20,000 bases of DNA from Chiloscyllium plagiosum (taxonomy: Eukaryota): the NCBI RefSeq assembly GCF_004010195.1, contig NC_057755.1:589453-609452 (forward strand), read 5' to 3'. Each line of letters opens with the position of its first letter. The stretch's first letter is position 1. Position numbers and translations under genes: made by a program. Shown here in pieces: positions 1-9,589 of the stretch. The notes under the pieces are model-generated. The model saw only the letters and a list, made by a program, of their open reading frames with translations, did no database searches and had not been told where the DNA came from.

Positions 1-690
1 AACAACTCTGTTCGTTCTAACTCTGAGCTTCCAACCTAGCTCCCTGAAAGCTTGTCTAACATCCTCAGCACTCCTCCTACCTATGTCGTTGGTCGCAATA
101 TGGACCACGACTTCGGGCTGCTCCCCCTCCCCTTCCAGGACCCGGAAAACACTATCAGAGACATCACGTACCCTTGCACCTGGGAGGCAACATACCAAAC
201 GTGAGTCTCTCTCGTTCCCACAAAACCGCCTATCTGTGTCACGAACTATCGGGTCCCCAATTACTACTGCTCTGCTGTTCTTCACCCTTCCCTTCTGAGT
301 AACGGGGACAGGCTCCGTGCCAGAGACCTGAGCCCCGTTACTTACCCCTGGTAAGTCATCCCCCCCACAAGTATCCAAAACGGTATACTTGTTCTTGAGT
401 GGAATGGCCGCAGGGGGTCCCTGCACTGGCTGCTTCCTCCCAGTCCCCCTCACTGTCACCCATCTCTCTGCCATCTTTGGAGTTACTACTTCCCTATAAC
501 TCTGATCTATGACCCCCTCTGCCTCCTGAATGATCCGAAGTTCATCCAACTCCAGCTCCAGTTCCCTAACACGGTCTTGGAGGAGCTGGAGGTGGGTGCA
601 CTTCCTGCAAGTGTAATCGGCAGGGACGTCGATGGCATCCCTCACCTCATACATGTTGCAGGAGGAACATTGCACTGCCTTCACTGCCAT
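1..690 (-). CDS. CR1 ORF1p (CxxC/CxxC Zn finger, coiled coil, SGNH-esterase-like domain), partial, 230 codons open to the window edge
   Basis: My translation: MAVKAVQCSSCNMYEV...YTCRKCTHLQLLQDRVRELELELDELRII...WVTVRG...IPLKNKYTVL...AVVIGDPIVRDTDRRFCG...VCCLPGARVRDV...EVVVHIATNDIG. It is absent from the ORF track because there is no stop in the window. Confidence 0.8.
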   Translation of the reverse strand, partial: MAVKAVQCSSCNMYEVRDAIDVPADYTCRKCTHLQLLQDRVRELELELDELRIIQEAEGVIDQSYREVVTPKMAERWVTVRGTGRKQPVQGPPAAIPLKNKYTVLDTCGGDDLPGVSNGAQVSGTEPVPVTQKGRVKNSRAVVIGDPIVRDTDRRFCGNERDSRLVCCLPGARVRDVSDSVFRVLEGEGEQPEVVVHIATNDIGRRSAEDVRQAFRELGWKLRVRTNRVV

Positions 691-1063
691 CCCTCTAAAG
701 CTAACCTTTATTTAAAAAAAAAAATCTGGGTCTAAAGAATACAACAAGCAAAATTCAGCACTTACCTCCTTTCCACAACAGATGTTATTATTAGGTTAGA
801 GGACAAGGGCGGGTGGGAGGCACTACCCGTGTAGTGCCTCGGGTTCCTCTCCTTCGCGCTTTTAAAGGGGGAAAAAACCTACCCAGGTAAGCTTACACTA
901 ACTGCTTCCTGGTCTCGGCTGTCCCTCTGGGTCGTCGTCACTTCCCCCTGGTGCTCCCGCTCTTTCTGTGAAGAGAGAGTGAAAGAGAAAAAAAAACCCA
1001 CCCCTGCCTGCTACCGGTAAGTACTTTTAAAACCAAACGGTCTTACCTTCGCTGCTGCTCGCA
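1..1063 (-). mobile_element. CR1-type LINE 5' end (5'UTR about 1063-691 plus ORF1), continuing off the left edge
   Basis: The minus-strand ORF from the ATG at 690 encodes a CR1 ORF1. The sequence upstream of it (691-1063) is taken as the 5'UTR. The 5' boundary is approximate. Confidence 0.85.
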
Positions 1064-1139
1064 CATCATGTAAAGCCTATCCCTCAGGAAACAACTTGCC
1101 CACTACTGATGTCATGCTCACCTGACCATTGTTCTCTAA

Positions 1140-1375
1140 CCTTTTCTTACCCTCTTTCTTAAGCAGTAGCATTACATTAGCCAACCTTAAGTCTTTCGGC
1201 ACATCACCTGTGTCTATTTATGATACAGGTTTCTCAGCAAGGAGCCCAGCAATTACTTCCCTAGCTTACCACAGAGTTCGAGTGTACACTTGACCAGGTC
1301 CGGGAGACTTATCCACGTTTATGTACGTTAAGATATCGAGCATCTCTTCTTCTTTAATACGGACATTTGATCAAC
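1140..1375 (-). mobile_element. Decayed CR1 ORF2 fragment (region leading into the reverse transcriptase)
   Basis: Minus strand reads INVDKSPGPGQVYTRTLW*AREVIAGLL...TGDVPKDLRLANVMLLLKKEGK, matching the CR1 KSPGPD...VPxDWRxANVxPLFKKG motif, with stops. Confidence 0.8.
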
Positions 1376-1467
1376 ATGCCACAATGTATTTCCCCACGCT
1401 CTTTATCTTTTATGAAGTTAAAAATCACACAACACCAAGTTATAGTCCAACAGGTTTAATTGGAAGC

Positions 1468-1503
1468 ACACTAGCTTTCGAAGCGACGCTCCTTCTTCAG
1501 GTG
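1468..1503 (-). ncRNA. Minimal hammerhead ribozyme motif in the Penelope-like terminal repeat
   Basis: Minus strand reads cac-CTGAAGA-a-GGAGC-gtc-GCTTC-GAAA-GC-TA-gtg. This gives a CUGANGA box (1500-1494), a stem II with one G-U pair, a GAAA box (1479-1476), a palindromic AGCU minimal helix III, a UA cleavage site and cac/gtg helix I. Confidence 0.7.
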
Positions 1504-1796
1504 ATTGTGGAGGGCTCGATCGTAACACAGAATTTATAGAAAAAATTTGCAGTGTGATGTAACTGAAATTATACATTGAAGAATTGATTGTCTGTTAGCC
1601 TTTCATCTGTTAGAATACAGTGATAGTTTCACTCCTTTCATGTGTAAATCACAAAACCCTTTTTTTAATAAGTTGCATTCTCGGGTTAGCTGTTAACAAT
1701 GGTGATAGCTTGACAATGTGATGAAGGTGTTAGCCCCCTGTGTTCTCTGTCTATGACCTGATGTTTAGATTGATTCCAATCTAAAAAGTGAAATAA

Positions 1797-1870
1797 CAGA
1801 GTATCTGTGTCCGTGTGCATGTGAGAGTGTGTGTGTGTATAGGAATATCTGTGTGTGTCTGTGTGTAGTG
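1797..1870. repeat. Degenerate (GT)n/(CA)n tract inside the Penelope-like 3'UTR
   Basis: Runs of gtgtgtgtgt interrupted by ct/at. Confidence 0.7.
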
Positions 1871-2658
1871 CAATGGTGATCACCTGTAATGTGACATGAA
1901 CCCAAGGTCCCGGTTGAGGCCCTCCCTATGGGTCCCTATGGCTATCAGCCTCTGCTCAGCCACTTTCCTCTGCTGCCTATCCCGAAGTTCACCTTGGAGG
2001 ATGGTCACCGAAGGTCCGAGGCTGAATGTCCTGGACCACTGAAGTGTTCCCCAACTGGGAGGGAACCCTCCTGTCTGTTGATTGTTGTGCGGTGCCCGTT
2101 CATCCGTTGTCGGAGCCTTTACTCACTTTCCCCAATGTACCATGCCTCTGGGCATCCCTGCCTGCAACGTATAAGATAGACAATGTTGGCTGAGTCACAT
2201 GAGTACCTGCCATGTACACGGTGGGAGGTGTTCCCACGCGTAATAGTGGTATCTATGTCCACAATCTGACACGTTTTGCAGCGTCCACCGTGACAGGGTT
2301 GTATGGAGTTGTCCTGAGAGCCGGGCAGTTTGCTATGAACAATGATCTGTTTGAGGTTTGGCGGTTGTTTAAAGGCAAGTAGTGCAGGTGTGGGGAAGGT
2401 CTTGGTGAGGTGCTCATCTCCATTGATAATGTGTTCCAGGTCACGAAGAACATGGCGTAATTTTTCAGCCCCTGGGAAGGACTGAAAAACGAAGGGCACC
2501 CTATCAATTTCAGCCCGTGTCTGTCTCCTGAGGAGGTCATTACGGTTCCTTGCTGTGGCACATCGGAACTCTGTGGAATTCCCATCATTGCAGTTTCCAC
2601 AAGAATTGCCCGGGAAACTGAACTTTCCTCTGGATAGTTCATCTCCTCCTGGAACCTT

Positions 2659-3386
2659 GATGAGAAATATTGATGAACAGAGAGATCTGGGAGTTCAGGT
2701 CCATTGTAACCTGAAAATTGCTGCACAACCGTATAGAGTGGTCAAGATCGCATATGGCATGCTTGCCTTCATCGGAAGGGATATTTAATACAAGAGATGG
2801 CAGCTCATGTTAAAATTTTGCATGATGTTGGTTCGGCCGTATTTAGAATACTGTGTGCAGATATGGTCGCCACATTACCAAAAGGGTATGGATGTCTTGG
2901 AGAGGATGCAGAGAAGGTTTTTGAGGATGTTACTTGCTCTGGAATGTATGAAGAGAGGTTGAGTAGGTTAGGTTTGTTTTCATTAGTAAAAAAAGAGATT
3001 GAGTGGGGACCTTATTGAGATCTACAAAATCGTGTCGGGCATAGACAGGTTAGATATAGATACGCTTTTTCCCAGGGTGAAGGATTCTGTAATGAGAGGT
3101 CACGATTTCAAGGCGAAAGGTGAAAAGTTAAAGGGGTTACACGCGGCAAGTTCTTTACACAGATGGTGGTGGGTGCCTGAACGCATTGCCAGCAGAGGTA
3201 GTAGAGGCAGGCACGGTAGATTCATTTAAGGTACGCCTGGACAGATGCATGAGAAGGTGGAGAGCAGAGGGAAACAGATGCTTAGGAGTTGGGCGACAGG
3301 TTTACACAGTAGATTTGGATTGGCTCAGGCTTGGAGTGCCGAAGGACCTGTTCTTAGGCTGTAAATTCTCCTCTCTCTTTGTTCTT
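2659..3386 (+). mobile_element. 5'-truncated CR1 LINE (ORF2 C-terminus and 3'UTR)
   Basis: EQRDLGVQVH, AYGMLAFIGR, LVRPYLEYCVQIWSPHY, LERMQRRF, GDLIEIYKI and RGHDFK motifs spread across frames. Ends in a ctttgttctt tail. The flanks are contiguous in the paralogous intron (14647-14670). Confidence 0.92.
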
Positions 3387-4711
3387 CTGGAATTTTCCAT
3401 TTCAATCAGAGACTACAAAGAGTTTGAATGGGATTAATTACAGTAGTCACTTTCGATAAATGGTGATTTCTTGATGTAAAAATTGCGTTAACATTTGTTT
3501 CTGGTTTCCCTGCCTGATTAACTGGAAGGTTTCTCTATGTATTTGCAGCTAATAGGTAACATGCAGGCATTTCTGCAAGCACAGCAATTTCTTTTAAATA
3601 TCTCTCTTGCAGAATGGCCATGGGTTGAATGTCTGTGTGCTCAAACGAACCTGTGTTTCTTTTCGATTGCTTGGAGCTCAGCACGGTATTTATAGAACCT
3701 CAAAGGTTTGTTCGTGAATTCTGGGATCTGATCTTAATGATAACACCCTTTCTTAAGAAAACTTTCATTTAATTTTTAACTTTGAGTCATTTATTTTAGT
3801 CCGTGGAACACCCTGGAGCTGGATGGATGTATATATCAGTACTCATGAGAAGGGACTCAGAGAAGCATTCAATTATATTACCTTCGAGTGAAAAGTGTGT
3901 GTTCATTCATGACCAGAGTGTTGTGATAAAAGGAAAAAAAATCAGAAGAGATTACTTAAAGCTACATGCATTGAAGCTCAGCTGTGTTCACTCCCGCAAG
4001 AAGCTATCATAGTTATGATTTAAATTGCAAGTTGCAAATCGTTTGATCAAGTATTAGACACAGTTATTCTGGTGTGAATATTATACGAGAAGTGATTTTT
4101 GGAACTCTACTACAAGTGGGGCTTTGTATGCTTTGTAAAAGTTGTTTTCTTTCTGTTGAATTTGAAGAATGTTTGGCATTAATTGGGATATATGTTTGCT
4201 GTGTGCTTATTCCATTTTATCATAATTTCTTTAGCACCAAACTGCTGTTTTGTTATTAAAGTAAAATTTGTTGCATTATGTATTTATGATTCACCAAGAG
4301 ATCACGTTGTTCAAAACTGAAACAAAGAAGATTGTAATCTATTAAGCTGTATCAATTTTCAGCATTTGGTTTGTTCTGTAATTACATCACCATTTCTCGG
4401 ATCAGAAGAGAGGCTATTAAACACGGAGTCTGACTTCTGAGCTCCTGACCTACTGACCCCACAAAGGGTTAGACGTTCCCAACTACAGCCGTTAGGATCC
4501 ATTATTTGTACCAGAATCTGGCCGGACATCCACAATGGGAATCACTTCCATATTAACTCTTTCCAAAATTACTGCCCCCTCACTGTTGATGTAATTAAAT
4601 CTAAAACAAATTCTCTTATTCCCTGTAAAATCTGTGACACTGCGATGACATAAAACACTGAGTACCTCTCCGTTGCAGTGTTGTGAACATTGCTCGTCAC
4701 CGGTTAATACC

Positions 4712-5205
4712 AGAGACATAATTTTACTGGAAAGAGTACAGAGAAGATTTAGAAGAATGTTGTCAGAGCCTGGCAATGACTGAAATATTGGAGGAAGATT
4801 GGATAGGATTATGTTGTTTTCCTGAGATCAGAGGAGATTGAAGGTTGATGTGATCACAGTGCACAAAATAATGAGGGTTTTACGAGAGACCGGTTACCCC
4901 GAATGGAGTGGACCACTCACCAAGGGAAATAGAATAAGGCTGATTGCTGGAAGCATTGTGGAGGACGATGAGGCGAACTCTTTCATCGAGAAGGCGATGG
5001 TCTCTCTCGAGTTCACTACCAGTTTAAGGGGGTTTGAGGGGACAACCCTCAACACATTGAAAGGGGGATAATATCTGCAACTGAAGTGAAGTCACCTTCA
5101 AGACAGTGGACTGGGTGCTGAAAATTGGAATTAGAACAGGTGACTGGTTTACTCAATTGACTTACAAATGATGGGCTGAATGAGATGTTTCGATGCCTTA
5201 AATAT
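4712..5205 (+). mobile_element. Old CR1 3' fragment
   Basis: DIILLERVQRRFRRML...EERLDRIMLFS*DQRRLKVDVITVHKIMR, and a terminal gggctgaatg... 3'UTR motif. Confidence 0.75.
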
Positions 5206-6125
5206 CCTATGGTTCTTCACAACAGTGGAAAGTCGGAGGACTGTTAAATTGAATTCACAAAGTGGACTGAACGCCTGTTCCTGTGCCATAACATTCATAT
5301 AGTTCCATGAGATAGGAGGACAGCGGACGAGTGCTGAACTGAAATCCAGAAGGCTGTGGCTTCCTTCCACTTACTCAATGTAGAAGAGATTAAAGCTTCC
5401 TAATAATTACAGGAAGGAACGAAAAACATAGAGGATTATAGCTTCCTTATTCTTTACTGGAAGGAAAAAAATGAACTAACTTTAGAGCATAATACCTTAT
5501 GAATCATACCATTTGGTTAATACAGTTCACTTTGTTTAATTATTCCCGTTAGAGAGTCAGAGAGTCCGTAATTTTATTATATTGTAGTTTATTGTACACA
5601 TTCTAGAGCAGTGGCAATCTATGATTCCACAAGTGCACTGTATGTTTGATTTTCATTTTTCAATTTATTCATAAAATGTTGACGGGATCATTCCAAAAGT
5701 ATGTGAGTTAGGCAATGAAGAGAAAACATTTCAAAATCACATTATACTCTTTGAGTTTTGCACTCTTTGCTGAGTCAAAATTAGAACACTTGCTAAATAT
5801 GACTGGGGATTGTTGACATTGCAAGACATGATATCGGCGTCTGAATGTGTTACCATGCCCTGCTTATCATGACACAGAGGTCTTAGATAGTGCCTTGTGC
5901 CATTGATGATGAAACTAAATTTTCGCAGCTCTATTATCATTCTGCATCAAACAATGACAACGTCTCCAGCGTACGAACGCATGATTCGTATTATAATGAA
6001 CAGAAGTACACCCGGTATGTTAAGTGAGGTTTTCCGAAGGTTCCATAGTAGATTCATATCAACACTTTGTATTTCAATTCCCTTTTAGGTAGTAACACCT
6101 GTCCTTTGCAGTAATAGTGTTGTTC

Positions 6126-6310
6126 GCGAGAAAAATAGACTCAATGATGTGAATCTCATGGCTCTTCTTCAGAAGCATTTGTTCTGATGAAGAGGGACTC
6201 TAAGCACGAAAGGTTAACTCAGTTTCTCTCTTCCCAGATGCTGGCATATTTTTTTAGTTTCACCAGCTATTTCTTTTTGTGTTCCACATTTCCAGCATCC
6301 ACAGCTCTTT
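6126..6310. repeat. Penelope-derived short repeat with two inverted hammerhead-like termini
   Basis: CTCTTCTTCAGAA (6162-6174) is the 12/13 reverse complement of TTCTGATGAAGAG (6182-6194). The right arm continues ...CGAAAGGTTAACTCAGTTTCTCTC...CAGATGCTG, similar to the tail following the motif at 13561. Confidence 0.6.
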
Positions 6311-6394
6311 GATGAATTATTACGATGATTAATCTCTAAACGTGACCCCCAGACGAAATGTTTAAAATTAAAGAATCCAAAAGCACAGAATAGA

Positions 6395-6640
6395 TACTTC
6401 AGTCCCTCAATACTAAAATTAATCAACTCTCGTCCCTACTGGCAGCACGAGGTACATAGCTTCGATTGTTATGCGACTTCGAGTGCTCATTCAGGTAGAG
6501 GTTAAAGGTTGTGAGGTTGCCCGCTCAACTACCCTCCCAAGCACTGCATTCCAGATCCCCACTATTACCTGAGTGAAAGCCCTTTCCTTAAATCCATGCA
6601 AAATCTCTTGCCCACTCATCATCTGTCAATTCCCTGCCGA
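6395..6640 (-). mobile_element. Old CR1 3' fragment, with a homologous remnant in the paralog's intron (about 17295-17400)
   Basis: gagtgctcattcaggta...ttaaaggttgtgagg...aactaccctcccaagcactgcattccagat resembles the reverse complement of the CR1 ORF2 end (WNALxGRVVE). Confidence 0.6.
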
Positions 6641-6809
6641 CAATTATTGAAACACAATTAGTGATTTGAGACAGGCATGGGGCTGTCATTTTTAGATTGG
6701 ACCTCTGACCGGTCCCAACTGATGCATTTAGGTGAGAAGATTTCTGTTGCTGTCTGGGGCAACGTTTGATTTGTAATTTCTGATTTTTGTCTACCTCTGT
6801 CTCTTCCAT

Positions 6810-7637
6810 TTAATGTACTGGTGATTTTCGGTTTTTGTACAGAGAATGTGTGCCGTTTCAAACTGCACCATGCGCTGCCTGATGATTATGGCAACGGCAG
6901 ATCTGCTGTTTATTATTACCAACATTGTACGCAGGAGACTGAATATTTATTACTTTCCAATGTGTTTCCTGGACCTCACCCCTGTGTGCAGTCCCTCTTT
7001 TTGCCGTGGTTCATATAGTCACAGACTGTTCCACCTGGTTCATTGTCCTTTTCTCCAATGATCATTTTGTCGCCATTTGTTGCCTGAAACAGTAGAGAAG
7101 TTATTGGACACAGAAAGCCTTGGCTGTGGCTCTTCCTATATCTCGAATTCTGATCTGTATAAAAAGCATTCGCTTCCATTTTAGGTTTGAGCCAAAGAGG
7201 ATACTAGACAACGTTCCATGGTATTCCCGATTATTTTACTGATCCCAGATGGCTGGGATTTAATTGGCTTGATACCATTTTAACCCCTTTCATCCCATTC
7301 ATGTTAATTCCGTTGATGTACACTCTGATGATCGGGTACATTTTAGTGGCCAGTCGAATCTGCAAGAGCCTGAGGGGTCAGAGGAAGGGAGAAAATCACA
7401 AAGACGCAGAGATGGAGAGCCGGAGGCAGTCATTGATTTCACTCTTCACGATATCCATCAGCTTCATACTTCTGTTGGTAGTGTACGGTGCAAACATCTT
7501 ACACTGTATCATTAAAAAGCACATTATTGAAGGAACTGGTGTTTAATCCAGGTTAAGGGGGCCAGAGAAATGCTGAAGGACTTCAGCTGCAGCACGAACA
7601 CTTGATTACATGCAGTGATTCTGCCCAAGTTCAAAGC
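6810..7637 (+). pseudogene. Pseudogenised paralog of the GPR139-like GPCR (exon 2 remnant)
   Basis: Colinear with 17620-18440 (ATADLLF, FLDLTPVCS, TDCSTWF, LDNVPW, TDPRWLGF, HKDAEMESRRQS, KDFSCSTNT). The acceptor AG is replaced by AT (6808-6809). Frameshifts near 6827, 6995, 7230 and 7560, in-frame TAG at 7093-7095, TAA at 7544-7546, and DRF changed to DHF. Confidence 0.92.
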
Positions 7638-8435
7638 ATTTCTTCTTCCAGAAGTTGCACAGGGAGAGCTTTGTGGTCATCAGCCCGAAAGAAGACGTTG
7701 GCTTAATAACGTCATCTTAGTCTGACATCCTTCAGATCGGCAAATTATTTTATATCAGATAGCATGACACAGACACAGCAGTCTCCTGTTCCATCCTGAC
7801 CTCGATTGCATAGGTCTGAGAAGGCATGGAAAAGGAGAGACTGGACCAACCTAGAGTCCTCCGAAAAGAAAACAAAACTCGAGAAGCGAAGTTCTGTGGG
7901 ACTTTATTGGGCAGGACCTGCTGGATGTACATGACAGTCTCTTTCTAGCAGGTAAACTGCACGAATCCATGCTGAAAGGTATCATCACCGTTACCTAAAA
8001 GTGGTAAGACGAAAGAGAGGAAATGAGAATTTGGTCACGAATTTCAATGCTGAATGCAGACCACAAAATCTTGTCTATGGTCATCGCCAACTGGGGCAGG
8101 TCTGCTCTGGGATCGGTGATTCACCCCGCTGTGCAGGGCAGAATAATCTCTGACAGACACGTATTCCTCAAAGATGTAATTGCCTTTGTGTCGGACAGAC
8201 GGGTGGATAGCTATCGTATCAACCTGGAACAGGACGAAGCCTTATTACATGCCTACATATGGAATGTGCTGTCCACACTGGGCTTGAGGAAGGAACTTGC
8301 AATTGCACTAGACTGCTCTGCGCAAACATCGTTAGTGTAGTCTCCATTAATGGGTGGAAATAGACAAGCTTCCCAGTCAGCTCTGCAATCAGTTAGGGCT
8401 GCCCAGTGTTCGCTTGCTTATTTTATTGTTGCACC
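7636..8435 (+). mobile_element. Tx1/L1-clade LINE ORF2 (reverse transcriptase) internal fragment
   Basis: FFFQKLHRE..., LWDFIGQDLLDV, MLKGIITVT*...REEMRIWSRISMLNADHKILSMVIAN...LGSVIHP...GRIISD, INLEQDEA and a degenerate V*GCP motif. These match Tx1-type NWRPISLLNVDYKILSKVIAN, SLDQEKAFD and GVRQGCP motifs. Confidence 0.85.
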
Positions 8436-8439
8436 AGAG

Positions 8440-8870
8440 AAAAGGAATAATTGTTACAACTCATGCATACGTTTCTGACATATTGCCGATTGCTTATCTA
8501 CTGCCAAATTTTTACTGAAGTTCTTCAATCCATCATTGCTAATTTATGCATCAATCCCGTCTTTTTCAGTTTATTTAGATTCGGGATTCTCATTCAGATT
8601 TGATATCGTCATTCTGTATCTGAGAAAGCAATTCCAAATTTTATCATTGTACCCAATGCAGTAAGATTGTTAATTAGTACTGATTGCACATCTACCAATC
8701 TGAATAGCCTGTTTCCTTCTTCCTCAATGTGTTTTTCTAAATCAATATTGCACATGCACTTCAGGAAATTGTTGTCCACAGCATTATTGCTTGTTTTGTT
8801 TGTCCAATTAAATGTAGATTAATGTCAGCTATGATGTCATCCGTACACTGTAGTTCTGCTTTGTAATGCC
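8440..8870 (-). mobile_element. Highly decayed CR1 ORF2 endonuclease-region fragment
   Basis: Minus strand reads IIADINLHL..., WTNKTSNNAVDNNFLKCMCNIDLEKHIEE...QAI...LINNL, resembling the GDFNLH...FLECI...FLDQYVEEPTR..AILD region. Confidence 0.6.
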
Positions 8871-9059
8871 TTCCGGTGTGTCTTCAGTACTGTTTTTCGT
8901 CTGTCGAAGAATCCCTCCAGTATTAAATATTTCTTATAACTCTTATCACCACCCGTATAGGTTCCAGTTTGGCAATAGGGAAGAGGACACAAGATGTCTG
9001 TAGGTGTGAGATAGTGGAAGGGTAACAGGACGAGGCTGCACGAGTCAAGTTTGGTGGAG

Positions 9060-9589
9060 ATGGAGGCATTCATGTTCTAAATTGAAGGAAACTTTCAGAA
9101 TTCTGAAGAGTAAAGGGATTTGGGTATCATAGCTCAGAATGCTCTTAAGGTTACCATACAGGTTTTGTTGTCAGTTAGAAAGGCAAATGCAATGTTAGCA
9201 CTCATTTCAAGAGAGCAAGAATATAAATGCAGGAGTGAATTGCAGAAACTGTACTCGTCTCTGGTCAGATTGCAATCGGAATGTTGTGAGCAGTTGTGGG
9301 CTCCATATCTTAAACCTTTTGTGCTAACATTGTAACAGATCCAGAGGACATTTATAGGAAACATCCCGGGGATCAGGGGTTTGTGATAAGAGGAGCAGCT
9401 GAGGGGTTTGCGTCTGTAGTTGATAAATTTCAAAAGATGAGAGGTGCATCTGATCAAAATGCACGGAATGCTGTGAGGCCTGTAGACAGTGGGTATGGCA
9501 AATCTGTTTACATTTCAATGCAGGATTGGGATGCAAGGGTACTGTCTCAGAATGAATCATGACTCTTTAGAACAGAGGTGAGAACGATT
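9060..9589 (+). mobile_element. CR1 3' fragment, left part (interrupted by a nested CR1)
   Basis: RDLGII, VRKANAMLALISR, KLYSSLVRLQSECCEQLWAPYL motifs. Confidence 0.85.

Larger units (their letters stand above)
1418..2568 (-). mobile_element. 5'-truncated Penelope-like retroelement (GIY-YIG endonuclease C-terminus, 3'UTR with (CA)n-like tract and hammerhead-bearing terminus)
   Basis: Minus strand reads LLAFKQPPNLKQIIV...PCHGGRCKTC...YSCDSANIVYLIRCRQGCPEAWYIGESE*RLRQRMNGHR...VGEHF...GLNRDLGFMSHYR*. The natural stop is at about 1880-1882, with a premature stop at 2119-2121 and a downstream frameshift. The CxxxxCxxC linker plus GIY-YIG domain is typical of Penelope-like elements. Confidence 0.9.

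Noticed and set aside
2253..2726. 157-aa minus-strand ORF
   Set aside because: It is a chance frame crossing CR1, host intron and Penelope junctions, with no recognisable domain.
4490..4600. Possible ancient L2/CR1 reverse transcriptase remnant
   Set aside because: The similarity is too weak to support by eye.
5897..6088. ORF with a nearby GT as a possible exon 1 of the pseudogene
   Set aside because: The region is homologous to intronic sequence of the intact gene (14868-15085) and has no TM1-like peptide.
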